Source of the DNA: Gammaproteobacteria bacterium
GTDB taxonomy: Bacteria > Pseudomonadota > Gammaproteobacteria > UWMA-0217
Direction of reading: 5' to 3'
Length of the DNA: 64,000 bases
Assembly (NCBI GenBank): GCA_026981985.1
Contig: JALSHZ010000114.1
Location: 74,428-138,427, forward strand
A program made the position numbers and the translations under genes. The notes beneath the pieces were generated by a model, which worked only from the letters and a program-made list of their open reading frames with translations, had not been told where the DNA came from and searched no databases. Positions 55,347 through 64,000 of the stretch are shown here, one piece after another (position 1 is the first letter of the stretch; the number at the start of each line of letters is the position of its first letter).

Positions 55347-55958
55347 CTATCGGCTGTTGGAATGGCCGCAGCGAAGAATGCGATCGAGCGCCACGACCTG
55401 GCTCTGCGTGGCTTCCGGGCTGCCGCTGTTGTCGATGATATGGTCGGCTAGCGCCAGGCGTTGCTCGCGTGTCGCCTGGCGCCGAAGAATCTTTTCCACG
55501 TCACCAGGTGAGACGTGGTCGCGTTCCATGACACGCTGGACCTGCACCGACTCAGGTACGTCGACGACCACCAGTCTGTCGACCAGATCGAGCATGTCGG
55601 CTTCGATCAACAGCGGAATCGCGACAATGCAGTAAGCGGCATCTCCCTTACTCAAACGGCCGATTTCCGCGTTGATCCGCTGCCGAATTCGCGGGTGCAG
55701 GATGGCTTCGAGTCGTTGCAACCGGGCTGGATTGGAAAACACCGCCTGGCGTAACTTGCGACGATCGAGTTCACCATCCGGCAGAAAGAAGTCAGCACCA
55801 AATTCGGCTTCGATGGCGCTACACGCAGGGCTGCCGGCTGTGGTCAGTTCGTGAGCAATCTGGTCGGCGTCGATGACCGGTACGCCGAGATCGGAGAACA
55901 GGTCTGACACCAGCGTCTTGCCAGCACCGATTCCGCCAGTCAGCCCGATGACCAACAT
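55347..55958 (-). CDS. coaE: Dephospho-CoA kinase
   Basis: MLVIGLTGGIGAGKT P-loop, 203 aa. Confidence 0.85.
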   Translation of the reverse strand: MLVIGLTGGIGAGKTLVSDLFSDLGVPVIDADQIAHELTTAGSPACSAIEAEFGADFFLPDGELDRRKLRQAVFSNPARLQRLEAILHPRIRQRINAEIGRLSKGDAAYCIVAIPLLIEADMLDLVDRLVVVDVPESVQVQRVMERDHVSPGDVEKILRRQATREQRLALADHIIDNSGSPEATQSQVVALDRILRCGHSNSR

Positions 55959-55962
55959 CTGC

Positions 55963-56826
55963 TCAACCGGGTACGCTGATGCGCAACCAGGCCTGCATCA
56001 AGTCGTTACCCCAGAACAGGCTGATCCAGCCGGCACCGGCGAGGAAGGGGCCGAATGGAATCGGTGTGCCGCGTTGCTGGCGTTGCAGCACGATCAGCAC
56101 GATGCCGACGACTGCGCCAATGACCGACGACAGGATGATCGTGATGGGCAGCACCTGCCAACCACACCAGGCGCCGATCGCGGCCAGCAGCTTGAAATCG
56201 CCATAACCCATGCCCTCCTTGCCCGTCACCAGCTTGAACAGTTGATAGACCAGCCATAGCGATAGATACCCGGCAGCCGCGCCCCAGATGGCGCTGACCG
56301 GATCGGTGAAGCCATTGCTGGTATTGATCAATAGCCCCAGCCACAGCAGTGGCAAGGTCAGAGAGTCGGGCAGCAGCTGCGTGTTGAAGTCGATCATGGT
56401 CAGCGCAATCAGCGTCCAGGTAAACAGCAATGCCGCCAGTGTCAGCCAGCTGAAGCCGAACTGCCAGGCCACTGCGGCGGAGAGGGCGGCCGTCGCCAGC
56501 TCGACAAGCGGGTATTGGGGCGAAATCCGTGCCTTGCAGGCAATGCATTTGCCGCGTAGCAACAGGTAGCTGATAACGGGAATATTCTCCCAGGCGCGAA
56601 TCTTGTGCTGGCAGTGGGGACAGGTAGAGGCCGGGGTGATCAGGTTGAACGCTGCTTCTGCGGTTTCTTCATCCCCAGCGTGTTCCTGGCAGTCTGCACG
56701 CCAGCGATTTTCCATCATCACCGGCAGGCGGTAGATCACGACGTTGAGGAAGCTGCCGATGAGCAGCCCGAGCACGGCAACAGTTATCGTCAATGCCGCT
56801 GGAGAAGTGGCCAACATCTCGATCAT
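55963..56826 (-). CDS. pilD: Prepilin peptidase / N-methyltransferase PilD
   Basis: The N-terminal tetracysteine region (CPHCQ..CIACK) and polytopic core with conserved acidic residues are typical of PilD/GspO. Confidence 0.85.
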   Translation of the reverse strand: MIEMLATSPAALTITVAVLGLLIGSFLNVVIYRLPVMMENRWRADCQEHAGDEETAEAAFNLITPASTCPHCQHKIRAWENIPVISYLLLRGKCIACKARISPQYPLVELATAALSAAVAWQFGFSWLTLAALLFTWTLIALTMIDFNTQLLPDSLTLPLLWLGLLINTSNGFTDPVSAIWGAAAGYLSLWLVYQLFKLVTGKEGMGYGDFKLLAAIGAWCGWQVLPITIILSSVIGAVVGIVLIVLQRQQRGTPIPFGPFLAGAGWISLFWGNDLMQAWLRISVPG

Positions 56827-56903
56827 CGTGGAAACTCCTTATCACTCGACTAACCCCCCTCTCCCCCAAGGGGAGAGGGCTGGGGAGAGGAGGGAGGGCG
56901 GGA

Positions 56904-58118
56904 TCAGATAACCGCGCCAAGCTTGAAGATAGGCAGATACATGGCGATGACAAGACCGCCGATCAGTACGCCGAGAATCGCCATGATCAAAGGCTCCAGC
57001 ATGCTGCTGAGGCTGTCGACCATGTTGTTCACCTCTTCTTCATAGAAATCGGCGACCTTGGACAGCATGTGGTCCAGTGAGCCCGATTCCTCGCCGATGG
57101 CGACCATCTGGATCACCATATTGGGAAACACGCCGGTATTGCGGATGGACTGCTGAATTTGCATGCCGGTGGTGGTGTCGTCCCGAATTTGTAGTGTTGC
57201 CTTCGCGTAGACCGAGTTGCCGGTGGCACCTGCGACCGAGTTCAGCGCTTCCACGAGTGGCACCCCCGCGGCGAACATGGTGGCCAGGGTGCGGGCAAAG
57301 CGGGCAATGGCCGATTTTTCGACCACGGGACCGAATACCGGCAGTTTCAACATCAGCCGGTCGATCTTGTGGCGAAACGCCTCGGAGCGGCGGTGAACGA
57401 AGAAAAAGCTGTAAACGGCGATGATGATGATGCCGAATATGACCCACCACCATTTCTGCATGAATTCGGAGAGGTGAATGACGAAGGTGGTGAAGGCGGG
57501 CAGGTCAGCGCCAAAGTCTTTGAACAGATCCTCAAACGTCGGCACAACGAAGATCAGCAGGATAGCAGAGACCACAAAGGCGATGACCAACACTGACAGC
57601 GGGTAGAACATGGCCTTCTTGATCTTCGCCTTGATGGCTTCGGTCTTTTCTTTGTACGTCGCGATCTTATCGAGCAGAGACTCGAGCGAGCCAGACTGCT
57701 CGCCAGCCTCGACCAGGCTGACGAACAAATCGTCGAAATAGCGCGGGTGCTGGGCCAGCGCGTCGGCCAGGCTATTACCACCTTCGACATGGTTCTTGAT
57801 CGCCATCACCAGATCCTGCATCGCCGGGTTCTCGTGGCCGCGGGCGATGATGTCGAGTGATTGCACCATTGGTACGCCAGCCGTGATCATCGTTGCCAGC
57901 TGGCGGGCAAAGCCGGCGATATCCGCGCCGACGATCTTTTTCTTCTTGCTGAACAGTGGTTTGGGTTTCTTCTTCAGCTTGACGGTCTTGATGCCCTGAC
58001 GGCGCAGGTCGGCCTTGACCAGCATCTCCGACACGCCCAGGGATTCGCCCCGGACCCGTTCGCCACCGCTGTTGATGCCTTCCCAGATGAAAGTGATCTT
58101 TTCGGCTTTCGCTGCCAT
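56904..58118 (-). CDS. pilC: Type IV pilus inner-membrane platform protein PilC
   Basis: GspF/PilC two-domain repeat architecture, 404 aa. Confidence 0.85.
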   Translation of the reverse strand: MAAKAEKITFIWEGINSGGERVRGESLGVSEMLVKADLRRQGIKTVKLKKKPKPLFSKKKKIVGADIAGFARQLATMITAGVPMVQSLDIIARGHENPAMQDLVMAIKNHVEGGNSLADALAQHPRYFDDLFVSLVEAGEQSGSLESLLDKIATYKEKTEAIKAKIKKAMFYPLSVLVIAFVVSAILLIFVVPTFEDLFKDFGADLPAFTTFVIHLSEFMQKWWWVIFGIIIIAVYSFFFVHRRSEAFRHKIDRLMLKLPVFGPVVEKSAIARFARTLATMFAAGVPLVEALNSVAGATGNSVYAKATLQIRDDTTTGMQIQQSIRNTGVFPNMVIQMVAIGEESGSLDHMLSKVADFYEEEVNNMVDSLSSMLEPLIMAILGVLIGGLVIAMYLPIFKLGAVI

Positions 58119-58121
58119 CTA

Positions 58122-59888
58122 TCAGTCCTTGGTTACGCGGTTGATTTCTTCTAGGCTGGTCAGGCCCGCGCGCACCTTGTCGAGGCCGGACTGGCGAAGA
58201 TCCTTGATACCTTCCTTCTTCGCCTGTTCCGCCAGCTCGAGCGCGTTGCCGTTTTCCATGATGATTCTGCCCATCTCTTCCGATATGGGCATGACCTGGA
58301 AAATACCAACACGGCCCTTGTAACCGCCAGTACACTTGTCACAGCCTACTGCGCGATAAATGGGAAAACTGCCGATTTCTTCTTCGGAAAACCCTTCCGC
58401 CAGCAGCACGTCGTGGGGGACGTCGTGGGTTGTCTTGCAGTGGTCGCAGAGCTTGCGCCCGAGCCGCTGGGCGATGATCAGCGATACCGATGAGGCGATG
58501 TTGTAGGACGGCACCCCCATATTGGCGAGACGGGTCAGCGTTTGTGGCGCGTCGTTGGTGTGCAGCGTCGATAGCACAAGGTGGCCGGTTTGAGCTGCCT
58601 TGATGGCAATTTCGGCGGTTTCGAGGTCGCGGATCTCACCCACCATGATCACGTCGGGGTCCTGGCGCAGAAAGGCGCGCAGTGCATTGGCGAAGGTCAG
58701 CCCCACCTTCGGGTTCACGTTGACCTGGTTGACGCCCATCATGTTGATTTCCGCTGGGTCTTCGGCCGTGGAGATATTGCGATCCGGGGTGTTGAGGATA
58801 TTGAGGCCGGTGTAGAGCGAAACGGTTTTACCACTGCCCGTCGGGCCGGTGACGAGAATCATGCCGTAAGGTTTGGACAGTGCGTCGAGATAGAGCTTTT
58901 TCTGCTCCTCGTCATAGCCCAAGGCATCGATGCCCAGCTTGGCGCTGTTGGGGTCGAGAATCCGCAACACGATCTTTTCGCCGTACAGTGTCGGACAGGT
59001 GTTGACGCGAAAATCGATGGCGCGTTTTTCGGAGATTTTCAGCTTGATGCGGCCATCTTGCGGGATGCGCCGCTCCGAGATGTCCATGCGCGACATGACC
59101 TTGACCCGGGCGATGACGCGCTGTGCCAGGCTATGCGGAGCCTTGGCGACCTCGTGCAGAATGCCGTCCATGCGGAAGCGTACGCGGAAGACTTTTTCGT
59201 AGATCTCGAAATGGATGTCAGAAGCGCCGCGGCGGATGGCGTTCAGCAATGTGCTGTTGACGAAACGCACCACCGGCGTGTCGTCGATCTCGGCCGTGGC
59301 AGATTGCTGTACCTGTGTGTCCTCCAACCCGACTTGCAGATCTTCCAGATCGTCTTCGAGGTCGGCGCCGCCAGACCAGTTGTTGTCGGCATTGTCCAGT
59401 ACCTGCTTGATCATCGCGTGGAGCTTGTCGTCCTCGACGATGATCGCTTCTGCTGTCAGGTTGGTCTTGAACTTCAGTTCGTCCAGCGCGACGACGTTCA
59501 TCGGATCGGCAATGGCGACATAGACGACATTGCTGCGCTTGATCAGCGGCAATGCGTGGTGCTTGGTCAGCAGAGCCTCGTCGATCAGATCCGATGGCAG
59601 GGACTCGGCATCGAAAGCCGCTAGATCCAGCATGGGAAAGCCGAACTCCTCGGCGCTGGCACGGGCAACCTGCAGTGGTGTGGCGATCGATTCGTCCAGC
59701 AGCACTTGCACCAGCGGCTTGCCGGTTTTGGACGTCAGCGCCTGGGTTTCGATCGCCTGTGTTTTGGAAATAACCCGTTCCACCAGTAACCGCCGCAACA
59801 GGCCGGTGACGGCAATGCTCTCGGTGGGGGGATTGTTGGCGGTATTGGCTTGGGTCATGGTGGTGGAACCACTCCTGTTGTGTTCCAT
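58122..59888 (-). CDS. pilB: Type IV pilus assembly ATPase PilB. An alternative start at 59858 gives MTQANTANN...
   Basis: GspE-type ATPase with Walker A GPTGSGKT, a tetracysteine CDHC...CDKC, and Asp/His boxes. Confidence 0.9.
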   Translation of the reverse strand: MEHNRSGSTTMTQANTANNPPTESIAVTGLLRRLLVERVISKTQAIETQALTSKTGKPLVQVLLDESIATPLQVARASAEEFGFPMLDLAAFDAESLPSDLIDEALLTKHHALPLIKRSNVVYVAIADPMNVVALDELKFKTNLTAEAIIVEDDKLHAMIKQVLDNADNNWSGGADLEDDLEDLQVGLEDTQVQQSATAEIDDTPVVRFVNSTLLNAIRRGASDIHFEIYEKVFRVRFRMDGILHEVAKAPHSLAQRVIARVKVMSRMDISERRIPQDGRIKLKISEKRAIDFRVNTCPTLYGEKIVLRILDPNSAKLGIDALGYDEEQKKLYLDALSKPYGMILVTGPTGSGKTVSLYTGLNILNTPDRNISTAEDPAEINMMGVNQVNVNPKVGLTFANALRAFLRQDPDVIMVGEIRDLETAEIAIKAAQTGHLVLSTLHTNDAPQTLTRLANMGVPSYNIASSVSLIIAQRLGRKLCDHCKTTHDVPHDVLLAEGFSEEEIGSFPIYRAVGCDKCTGGYKGRVGIFQVMPISEEMGRIIMENGNALELAEQAKKEGIKDLRQSGLDKVRAGLTSLEEINRVTKD

Positions 59889-59992
59889 GGATTGGTTGTG
59901 GTGCGGACGGTCTTGTGGGGATTCTCAGAAATTGATCATTAGATCAATAACATACCATAAACAAGTCTATTGCTGTGTGATAGGTCCGACAG

Positions 59993-60028
59993 GTGAAAAA
60001 AGAAAAGCCCCGAAAGGGGCTTTTCTTA
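59993..60028 (-). terminator. Rho-independent terminator between pilA and pilB (read on the minus strand: aaaaGCCCCtttcGGGGCttttcttttttc)
   Basis: A 5-bp GC stem (GCCCC/GGGGC) with A/T-extended arms and a T-run, 20 nt after the pilA stop. Confidence 0.65.
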
Positions 60029-60050
60029 GTCTACCTGTCAAGGGAGGCTC

Positions 60051-60548
60051 TTACTGGCACTGAGCTGGCAGGTATTTATCCAGAATTGTGCTGCCAGCAG
60101 CTACGGCACAATCAAATTTCAGTTCACCGCCGTCGTCCTGATACGAGAACTCAAGGCTCTGGCCATTCACATTGGCATTGATGCCTGCGAGAGTAACAGT
60201 GAAGGTACCCTTGGCATTGGCGATACCAGAGTCATTTGCAGCCCGAGCATAGGCAACTGCGGACTGATAGCTTAATCCTGTCATTGTGTCGTAAAAGCCT
60301 TCGGTTGATGAGCCTGCCTCATCAATGGCGTTCGATGCAGCACCTGAGACGTCCGGCATCTCTCCAATATCGCTGTACCGCTCAAACATTGCCGATTTAC
60401 CCGAAGAGGCAGTAGCAACGACGCTGGTAATCTTCGATTTCGCCACGTAATCCTGATAGGCCGGCAGTGCGACGGCGGCGAGGATGCCGATGATCGCGAC
60501 GACGATCATCAGTTCGATCAGTGTAAAACCCTGTTGTGTCTTTTTCAT
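60051..60548 (-). CDS. pilA: Type IVa major pilin PilA, 165 aa
   Basis: The prepilin leader and N-terminus [34 protein letters not shown] and the C-terminal disulfide loop C...(14)...C. Confidence 0.88.
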   Translation of the reverse strand: MKKTQQGFTLIELMIVVAIIGILAAVALPAYQDYVAKSKITSVVATASSGKSAMFERYSDIGEMPDVSGAASNAIDEAGSSTEGFYDTMTGLSYQSAVAYARAANDSGIANAKGTFTVTLAGINANVNGQSLEFSYQDDGGELKFDCAVAAGSTILDKYLPAQCQ

Positions 60549-60837
60549 GTTATTTGGACTCCAGTCTTGTGTATTGTCGTAATCAGCTTTGCAGGCTGTG
60601 TGTTAACGGTGAGATATCATACACATAGCATGCCAGCTTGGCTGCTAGTGGACGGCATCATCTGCATGACTTCTGGGATAAATGGTCGGTCTCGCCGTAA
60701 CTTGCTGATTTCCATGGCTGGGGTTTACCCGAAAATGAGGCATGGCGCATGCTGGCATGACGAGTGACTGCTGGCTGTGCGTGGACATCCTGCCGTTGCT
60801 TCGGCGCAAAACTGACAAAATTGTCAGCTATCGCCAC

Positions 60838-62181
60838 TTATTCGATGTCAAATTTTGTCAGTCGGTAGCGCAGTTGCCGCAGTGTCATGCCGAGCAGGCG
60901 GGCGGCGGCGGTTTTGTTCCAGCGGGTTTCTTCCAGTGCTTCGAGAATGGCGGCCTTCTCCTGGTTCGCGAGCGATTCTGTGAGTGTTCCCTTTTCAGCT
61001 GTTGGCGCTGATGTGGTCGATGTCTCGCCTTGTTGGGGCAATTCGATTTCCTGCGCGTGGATGCTTTGGTTGTTCGATAACGTGCAGGCGCGTTCGAGAA
61101 TGTTCTCCAGCTCACGAACATTGCCGGGGAAGTGGTAATGGCGCAGTTTTTCCAGTGCTGCATCGGTCAGCGTGGCGACGGGCATGTCCCACTGGGCGGC
61201 GATACGCCTGAGAAAATGTTTCGCGAGCACACCGATATCTTCCCGGCGCTCCCGCAACGGCGGTACCTGCACTTCAATCACATTGAGCCGGTAGAACAGA
61301 TCCTGGCGGAAGCGACTGGCGGAGACTTCATCGAGGAGGTTCTTGTGGCTGGCGGAAAGAATGCGCACATCCACGGCCCTTTCCTGCTGCTCGCCAATTG
61401 GCTTGACGGCGCGTTCCTGAATCGCTCGCAGCAGCTTGACCTGCATGTTCAGCGGCAGGTCGGCCACTTCGTCGAGGAACAGGGTGCCGCCCTCGGCTGC
61501 TGCGAACAGCCCCTGCTTGTCGGCAATGGCGCCGGTGAAACTGCCCTTTTTGTGGCCGAAGAACTCGCTTTCCATCAGTTCGCTCGGAATGGCGCCGCAG
61601 TTGACGGCGATGAAGGGGCCGCTTGCGCGCGGCCCGGCCTGGTGAATCTCGCGGGCCACCAGCTCCTTGCCAGTACCGGATTCGCCCTGGATGAACACCG
61701 GTGCCTGGCTGCGCGCCAGTTTGCCGATCAGGCTGCGCAGTTTTTGCATTGCCGCTGAGTCGCCGAGCAGGGTCGCTTGCCCTGCTGTGTTTTTCGTTGT
61801 GTTCGATGCCTCGGGCTTGAGCTTCAGGGCCGCCTCGATCAGTTTGCGCAACATCTGCAGATCGACGGGTTTGGAGACGAAATCGAAGGCACCGGACTTC
61901 AATGCCTGCACCGCCGCTTCGACATTGCCGTGCGCGGTGATGACGGCCACGGGTGTCTGTGGAAAGTGTTTCTGGATGTACTTGACGATTTCGAGGCCAT
62001 CGCCGTCGGGCAGGCGCATGTCGGTCAGGCAGAGATCGAAATCCTGCTTGTTCAGCGCTGACAGCGCTTCGGCCACCGAGCCGGTACTGACCGATTCCAC
62101 ATCCATGCGCGCCAGCGTGATGGCCAGCAGTTCGCAGATATCGGGTTCGTCATCGATGATCAGAACGTTCTTGATGCTCAT
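60838..62181 (-). CDS. pilR: Sigma54-dependent response regulator PilR (REC, AAA+ with GAFTGA, HTH)
   Basis: The receiver D residue context (DMRLPDGDG), the AAA+ GESGTGKE motif, the [10 protein letters not shown] sigma54-contact loop (GAFTGA variant) and a C-terminal Fis-type HTH. It overlaps pilS by ATGA. Confidence 0.9.
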   Translation of the reverse strand: MSIKNVLIIDDEPDICELLAITLARMDVESVSTGSVAEALSALNKQDFDLCLTDMRLPDGDGLEIVKYIQKHFPQTPVAVITAHGNVEAAVQALKSGAFDFVSKPVDLQMLRKLIEAALKLKPEASNTTKNTAGQATLLGDSAAMQKLRSLIGKLARSQAPVFIQGESGTGKELVAREIHQAGPRASGPFIAVNCGAIPSELMESEFFGHKKGSFTGAIADKQGLFAAAEGGTLFLDEVADLPLNMQVKLLRAIQERAVKPIGEQQERAVDVRILSASHKNLLDEVSASRFRQDLFYRLNVIEVQVPPLRERREDIGVLAKHFLRRIAAQWDMPVATLTDAALEKLRHYHFPGNVRELENILERACTLSNNQSIHAQEIELPQQGETSTTSAPTAEKGTLTESLANQEKAAILEALEETRWNKTAAARLLGMTLRQLRYRLTKFDIE

Positions 62182-63839
62182 GGCTCAGCTTCCTTGGCAT
62201 GTGCCGGTGATGATAGTGGCAGCCGGATGCGAAAGCAGTTGCCACCGTCGGGCGGCGCGCTGTATTCGAGGCTGCCGCCGTTGGCCTCGGCCAGCTCGCG
62301 TGCCAGATAGAGCCCCAGCCCGGTGCCCCGGCTGTCGGTGGAAAAGAAAGGCTCGAACAGTTGCTCCCGCAAGTTTGGGGGAATGGTAGCGCCATTGTCG
62401 ATGACGTCGATCGACGCGCGGCCATCCAGGGTGCCGAGCCTCACCTCTATATGCAGATTGCCCGATGTGCCGGAATGAAGCTGTGCGTTGCGCAACAGAT
62501 TCCACAGGATCTGGTGCAGCTGTTGCGCATCCACATCGACGTGCACCGCAGCGGTGCTATTCAGGGTCAGGCTGTCCTCGCCGAGCTCGTGCTGACGCAG
62601 GAATTCTGTCAGTGTCTGTTGCAGCCAGGTTGTCAGGTCGAGGCGTCGGGTGTCGGGCGACCTGCGGCGTGAGAGGTTCAGCACGCTTTCGATCAGCTGG
62701 TTCATGCGCTGCGTGTTCGACTGAATGATATTGGCCAGCCTGCGGTCGGGATCGCTCAGCGCTTCGGATTCCTGCAGCAGTTGCGCCGCGTGACTGATGG
62801 CACCGAGCGGATTGCGTATCTCGTGCGCGATACTTGCCGTCAGCCGCCCCAGCGCTGCCAGTTTCACCTCGTGCAGCTGGCGGCTGCGCCGGGTCAGGTC
62901 GTCGAGAAAGATCAGAATTGCGCGTTGGCGGCCAGAGCCGATGGGAATGAACTTGGCCTCGAACTCCCGCCCGCTAGGCGCTGTGCCCCGTAAAGACGAC
63001 GCCTTTCGATCCTGCAACCAGCGTTTGACCAGCGTCTGCAACGCCGGGCTCAGATCCGAGATCGTCACCTGCTGGCGCGGGCTGTCATGCCCGAGCAGCT
63101 CCCAGGCGGCCTGGTTGATGAGCCGGATGCGCCCATCCTTGCCGGTGACGATGACCGCGGTATCCATCTGTTCGACGATATGCCGGGTCAGCTGCGATAG
63201 GTCGGCAAAATCCTGCCCGCGCCGCCATGCCAACTCTTCGCTGGCTAGGGCCTTGCGCGCCATTTTCATCGCCAGAATGGCGACAGCGAAGAAAATCGAT
63301 CCCTGGATGCCTGCCTGGGTCAGCGCAAACAGCTCATGCCGGCCGTGAAGAATGCTGATCCCTGCCTGGACGAACACCGCTAGCGTGGCAAAGGCAGCAT
63401 AGAAGGGTGCCATATTGCCCGGCAGCAGCAGGCTCGCCCCCGCAATGCTGGGCACCACCAGTAGCCCGATGCCGCTTTCGAGGCCGGTGCTGGCGTACAT
63501 CATCACCGAGAAGGCGATGATGTCGATGATGACTTGGGCACTGACCAGATGGCGGAACGGCATGTTCGGCAGGAATACGATCGGCGCCAGCAGCAGATTG
63601 ACCGCAAACAGCACTTCGGCCGCCAGCAGGAACAGGTGCTGGTCGCTGGCCGATTCACCCAGCGGCAGCGCGCCAAAGGAGTGGAGCAGCAGCAGCACGA
63701 ACGAAATACCGATGCGATAGAGCAGAAACAGCTTCAGCGAGTTCCAGGAATCGCGCTCGCTGCGGTGCGCGCCGCGGGCATGGACCAGCCGTGGCTTGGG
63801 TGGGTTTTCCGCTCTATCCTTGTCGGGTAATGGCATCAT
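62178..63839 (-). CDS. pilS: Sensor histidine kinase PilS (six N-terminal TM helices, PAS-like linker, HisKA + HATPase)
   Basis: H-box ...[13 protein letters not shown]..., and the N, G1 (DNG) and G2 (GTGLGL) boxes. Its polytopic N-terminus matches PilS rather than NtrB. Confidence 0.85.
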   Translation of the reverse strand: MMPLPDKDRAENPPKPRLVHARGAHRSERDSWNSLKLFLLYRIGISFVLLLLHSFGALPLGESASDQHLFLLAAEVLFAVNLLLAPIVFLPNMPFRHLVSAQVIIDIIAFSVMMYASTGLESGIGLLVVPSIAGASLLLPGNMAPFYAAFATLAVFVQAGISILHGRHELFALTQAGIQGSIFFAVAILAMKMARKALASEELAWRRGQDFADLSQLTRHIVEQMDTAVIVTGKDGRIRLINQAAWELLGHDSPRQQVTISDLSPALQTLVKRWLQDRKASSLRGTAPSGREFEAKFIPIGSGRQRAILIFLDDLTRRSRQLHEVKLAALGRLTASIAHEIRNPLGAISHAAQLLQESEALSDPDRRLANIIQSNTQRMNQLIESVLNLSRRRSPDTRRLDLTTWLQQTLTEFLRQHELGEDSLTLNSTAAVHVDVDAQQLHQILWNLLRNAQLHSGTSGNLHIEVRLGTLDGRASIDVIDNGATIPPNLREQLFEPFFSTDSRGTGLGLYLARELAEANGGSLEYSAPPDGGNCFRIRLPLSSPAHAKEAEP

Positions 63840-63891
63840 CGCAGTGGATATATCACAATGCCGCCAGTCTGGTACAAGAAGAATCTCTCAC

Positions 63892-64000
63892 GTGGATGAA
63901 AAACTGACCATCGCGCTCGCCCAGATCAACACCCTGGTCGGGGACGTGGCGCACAACGCCGATCGCGTTATCGAACAGGCGCAGCGCGCCCGTGATGAAC
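63892..64000 (+). CDS. nadE: 5' end of a carbon-nitrogen hydrolase-domain gene, probably glutamine-dependent NAD+ synthetase (GTG start). It continues beyond the window.
   Basis: VDEKLTIALAQINTLVGDVAHNADRVIEQAQRARDE is the typical N-terminus of NadE/nitrilase-superfamily enzymes (LxIAxAQxN). Confidence 0.45.
   Translation, partial: MDEKLTIALAQINTLVGDVAHNADRVIEQAQRARDE

Noticed and set aside
58581-59624. 347-aa plus-strand ORF
   Set aside because: It is antisense to pilB.
60619-60636. Sigma54 promoter call for pilA as a formal feature
   Set aside because: The -24 TGGCAT is present but the -12 GC is not (GT instead), so it is kept only as a hypothesis in the findings.

Overview
The window is a high-GC (about 60%) gammaproteobacterial chromosomal segment with Pseudomonas-like gene order. 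It is almost entirely housekeeping genes, with a few accessory insertions. From start to end it contains:

- 1-1070: the 3' end of csrA, tRNA-Ser(GCU), about 2.2 copies of a 180-bp tandem repeat that re-uses the tRNA-Ser 3' end, and tRNA-Arg(ACG).
- 1206-7427: hrpA, an FtsN-like SPOR-domain protein translationally coupled to argS, and argS.
- 7615-9348: a methyl-accepting chemotaxis protein.
- 9957-15739: a five-gene polysaccharide-export cassette of the exosortase (XrtA/PEP-CTERM)-associated type. It encodes a Wza-like lipoprotein, a Wzz-like chain-length determinant, a degenerate BY-kinase-like protein, an outer-membrane beta-barrel and an ExeA-like AAA ATPase fused to an FHA domain. It sits between the chemotaxis gene and ribH, with no exosortase or glycosyltransferase in the window.
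- 15785-19817: ribH, nusB, thiL, pgpA and gltX.
- 20016-21180: a strong stable-RNA promoter driving tRNA-Ala(GGC) and tRNA-Glu(UUC), with a small membrane ORF between the two tRNAs, followed by a low-GC vapBC toxin-antitoxin islet.
- 21188-26208: a 165-bp tandem repeat, a large DUF349 coiled-coil protein and metG.
- 26477-30376: diaA/gmhA-like, yraN and lpoA, divergent from rsmI.
- 30569-30928: RNase P RNA (rnpB).
- 31221-47806: a contiguous dcw cluster (mraZ, rsmH, ftsL, ftsI, murE, murF, mraY, ftsW, murG, murC, ddl, ftsQ, ftsA, ftsZ) followed by lpxC. The mra promoter carries 10-bp-phased MraZ-type repeats. murD is missing between mraY and ftsW.
- 47878-54528: a DciA-like (DUF721) gene, an M23 peptidase, secA, argJ and a MutT-ThiE-like fusion.
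- 54535-63839: zapD, coaE, pilD, pilC, pilB, a type IVa pilin pilA (same strand, upstream of pilB, with an intrinsic terminator between them) and pilR/pilS.
- 63892-64000: the 5' end of a nadE-like gene.

I found no CRISPR array, no IS or transposase and no integrase. The items I find most worth follow-up are the tRNA-end-containing tandem repeats next to csrA, the kinase-dead BY-kinase plus FHA-ATPase pair in the export module, the absent murD, and the embedded ORF in the tRNA operon.
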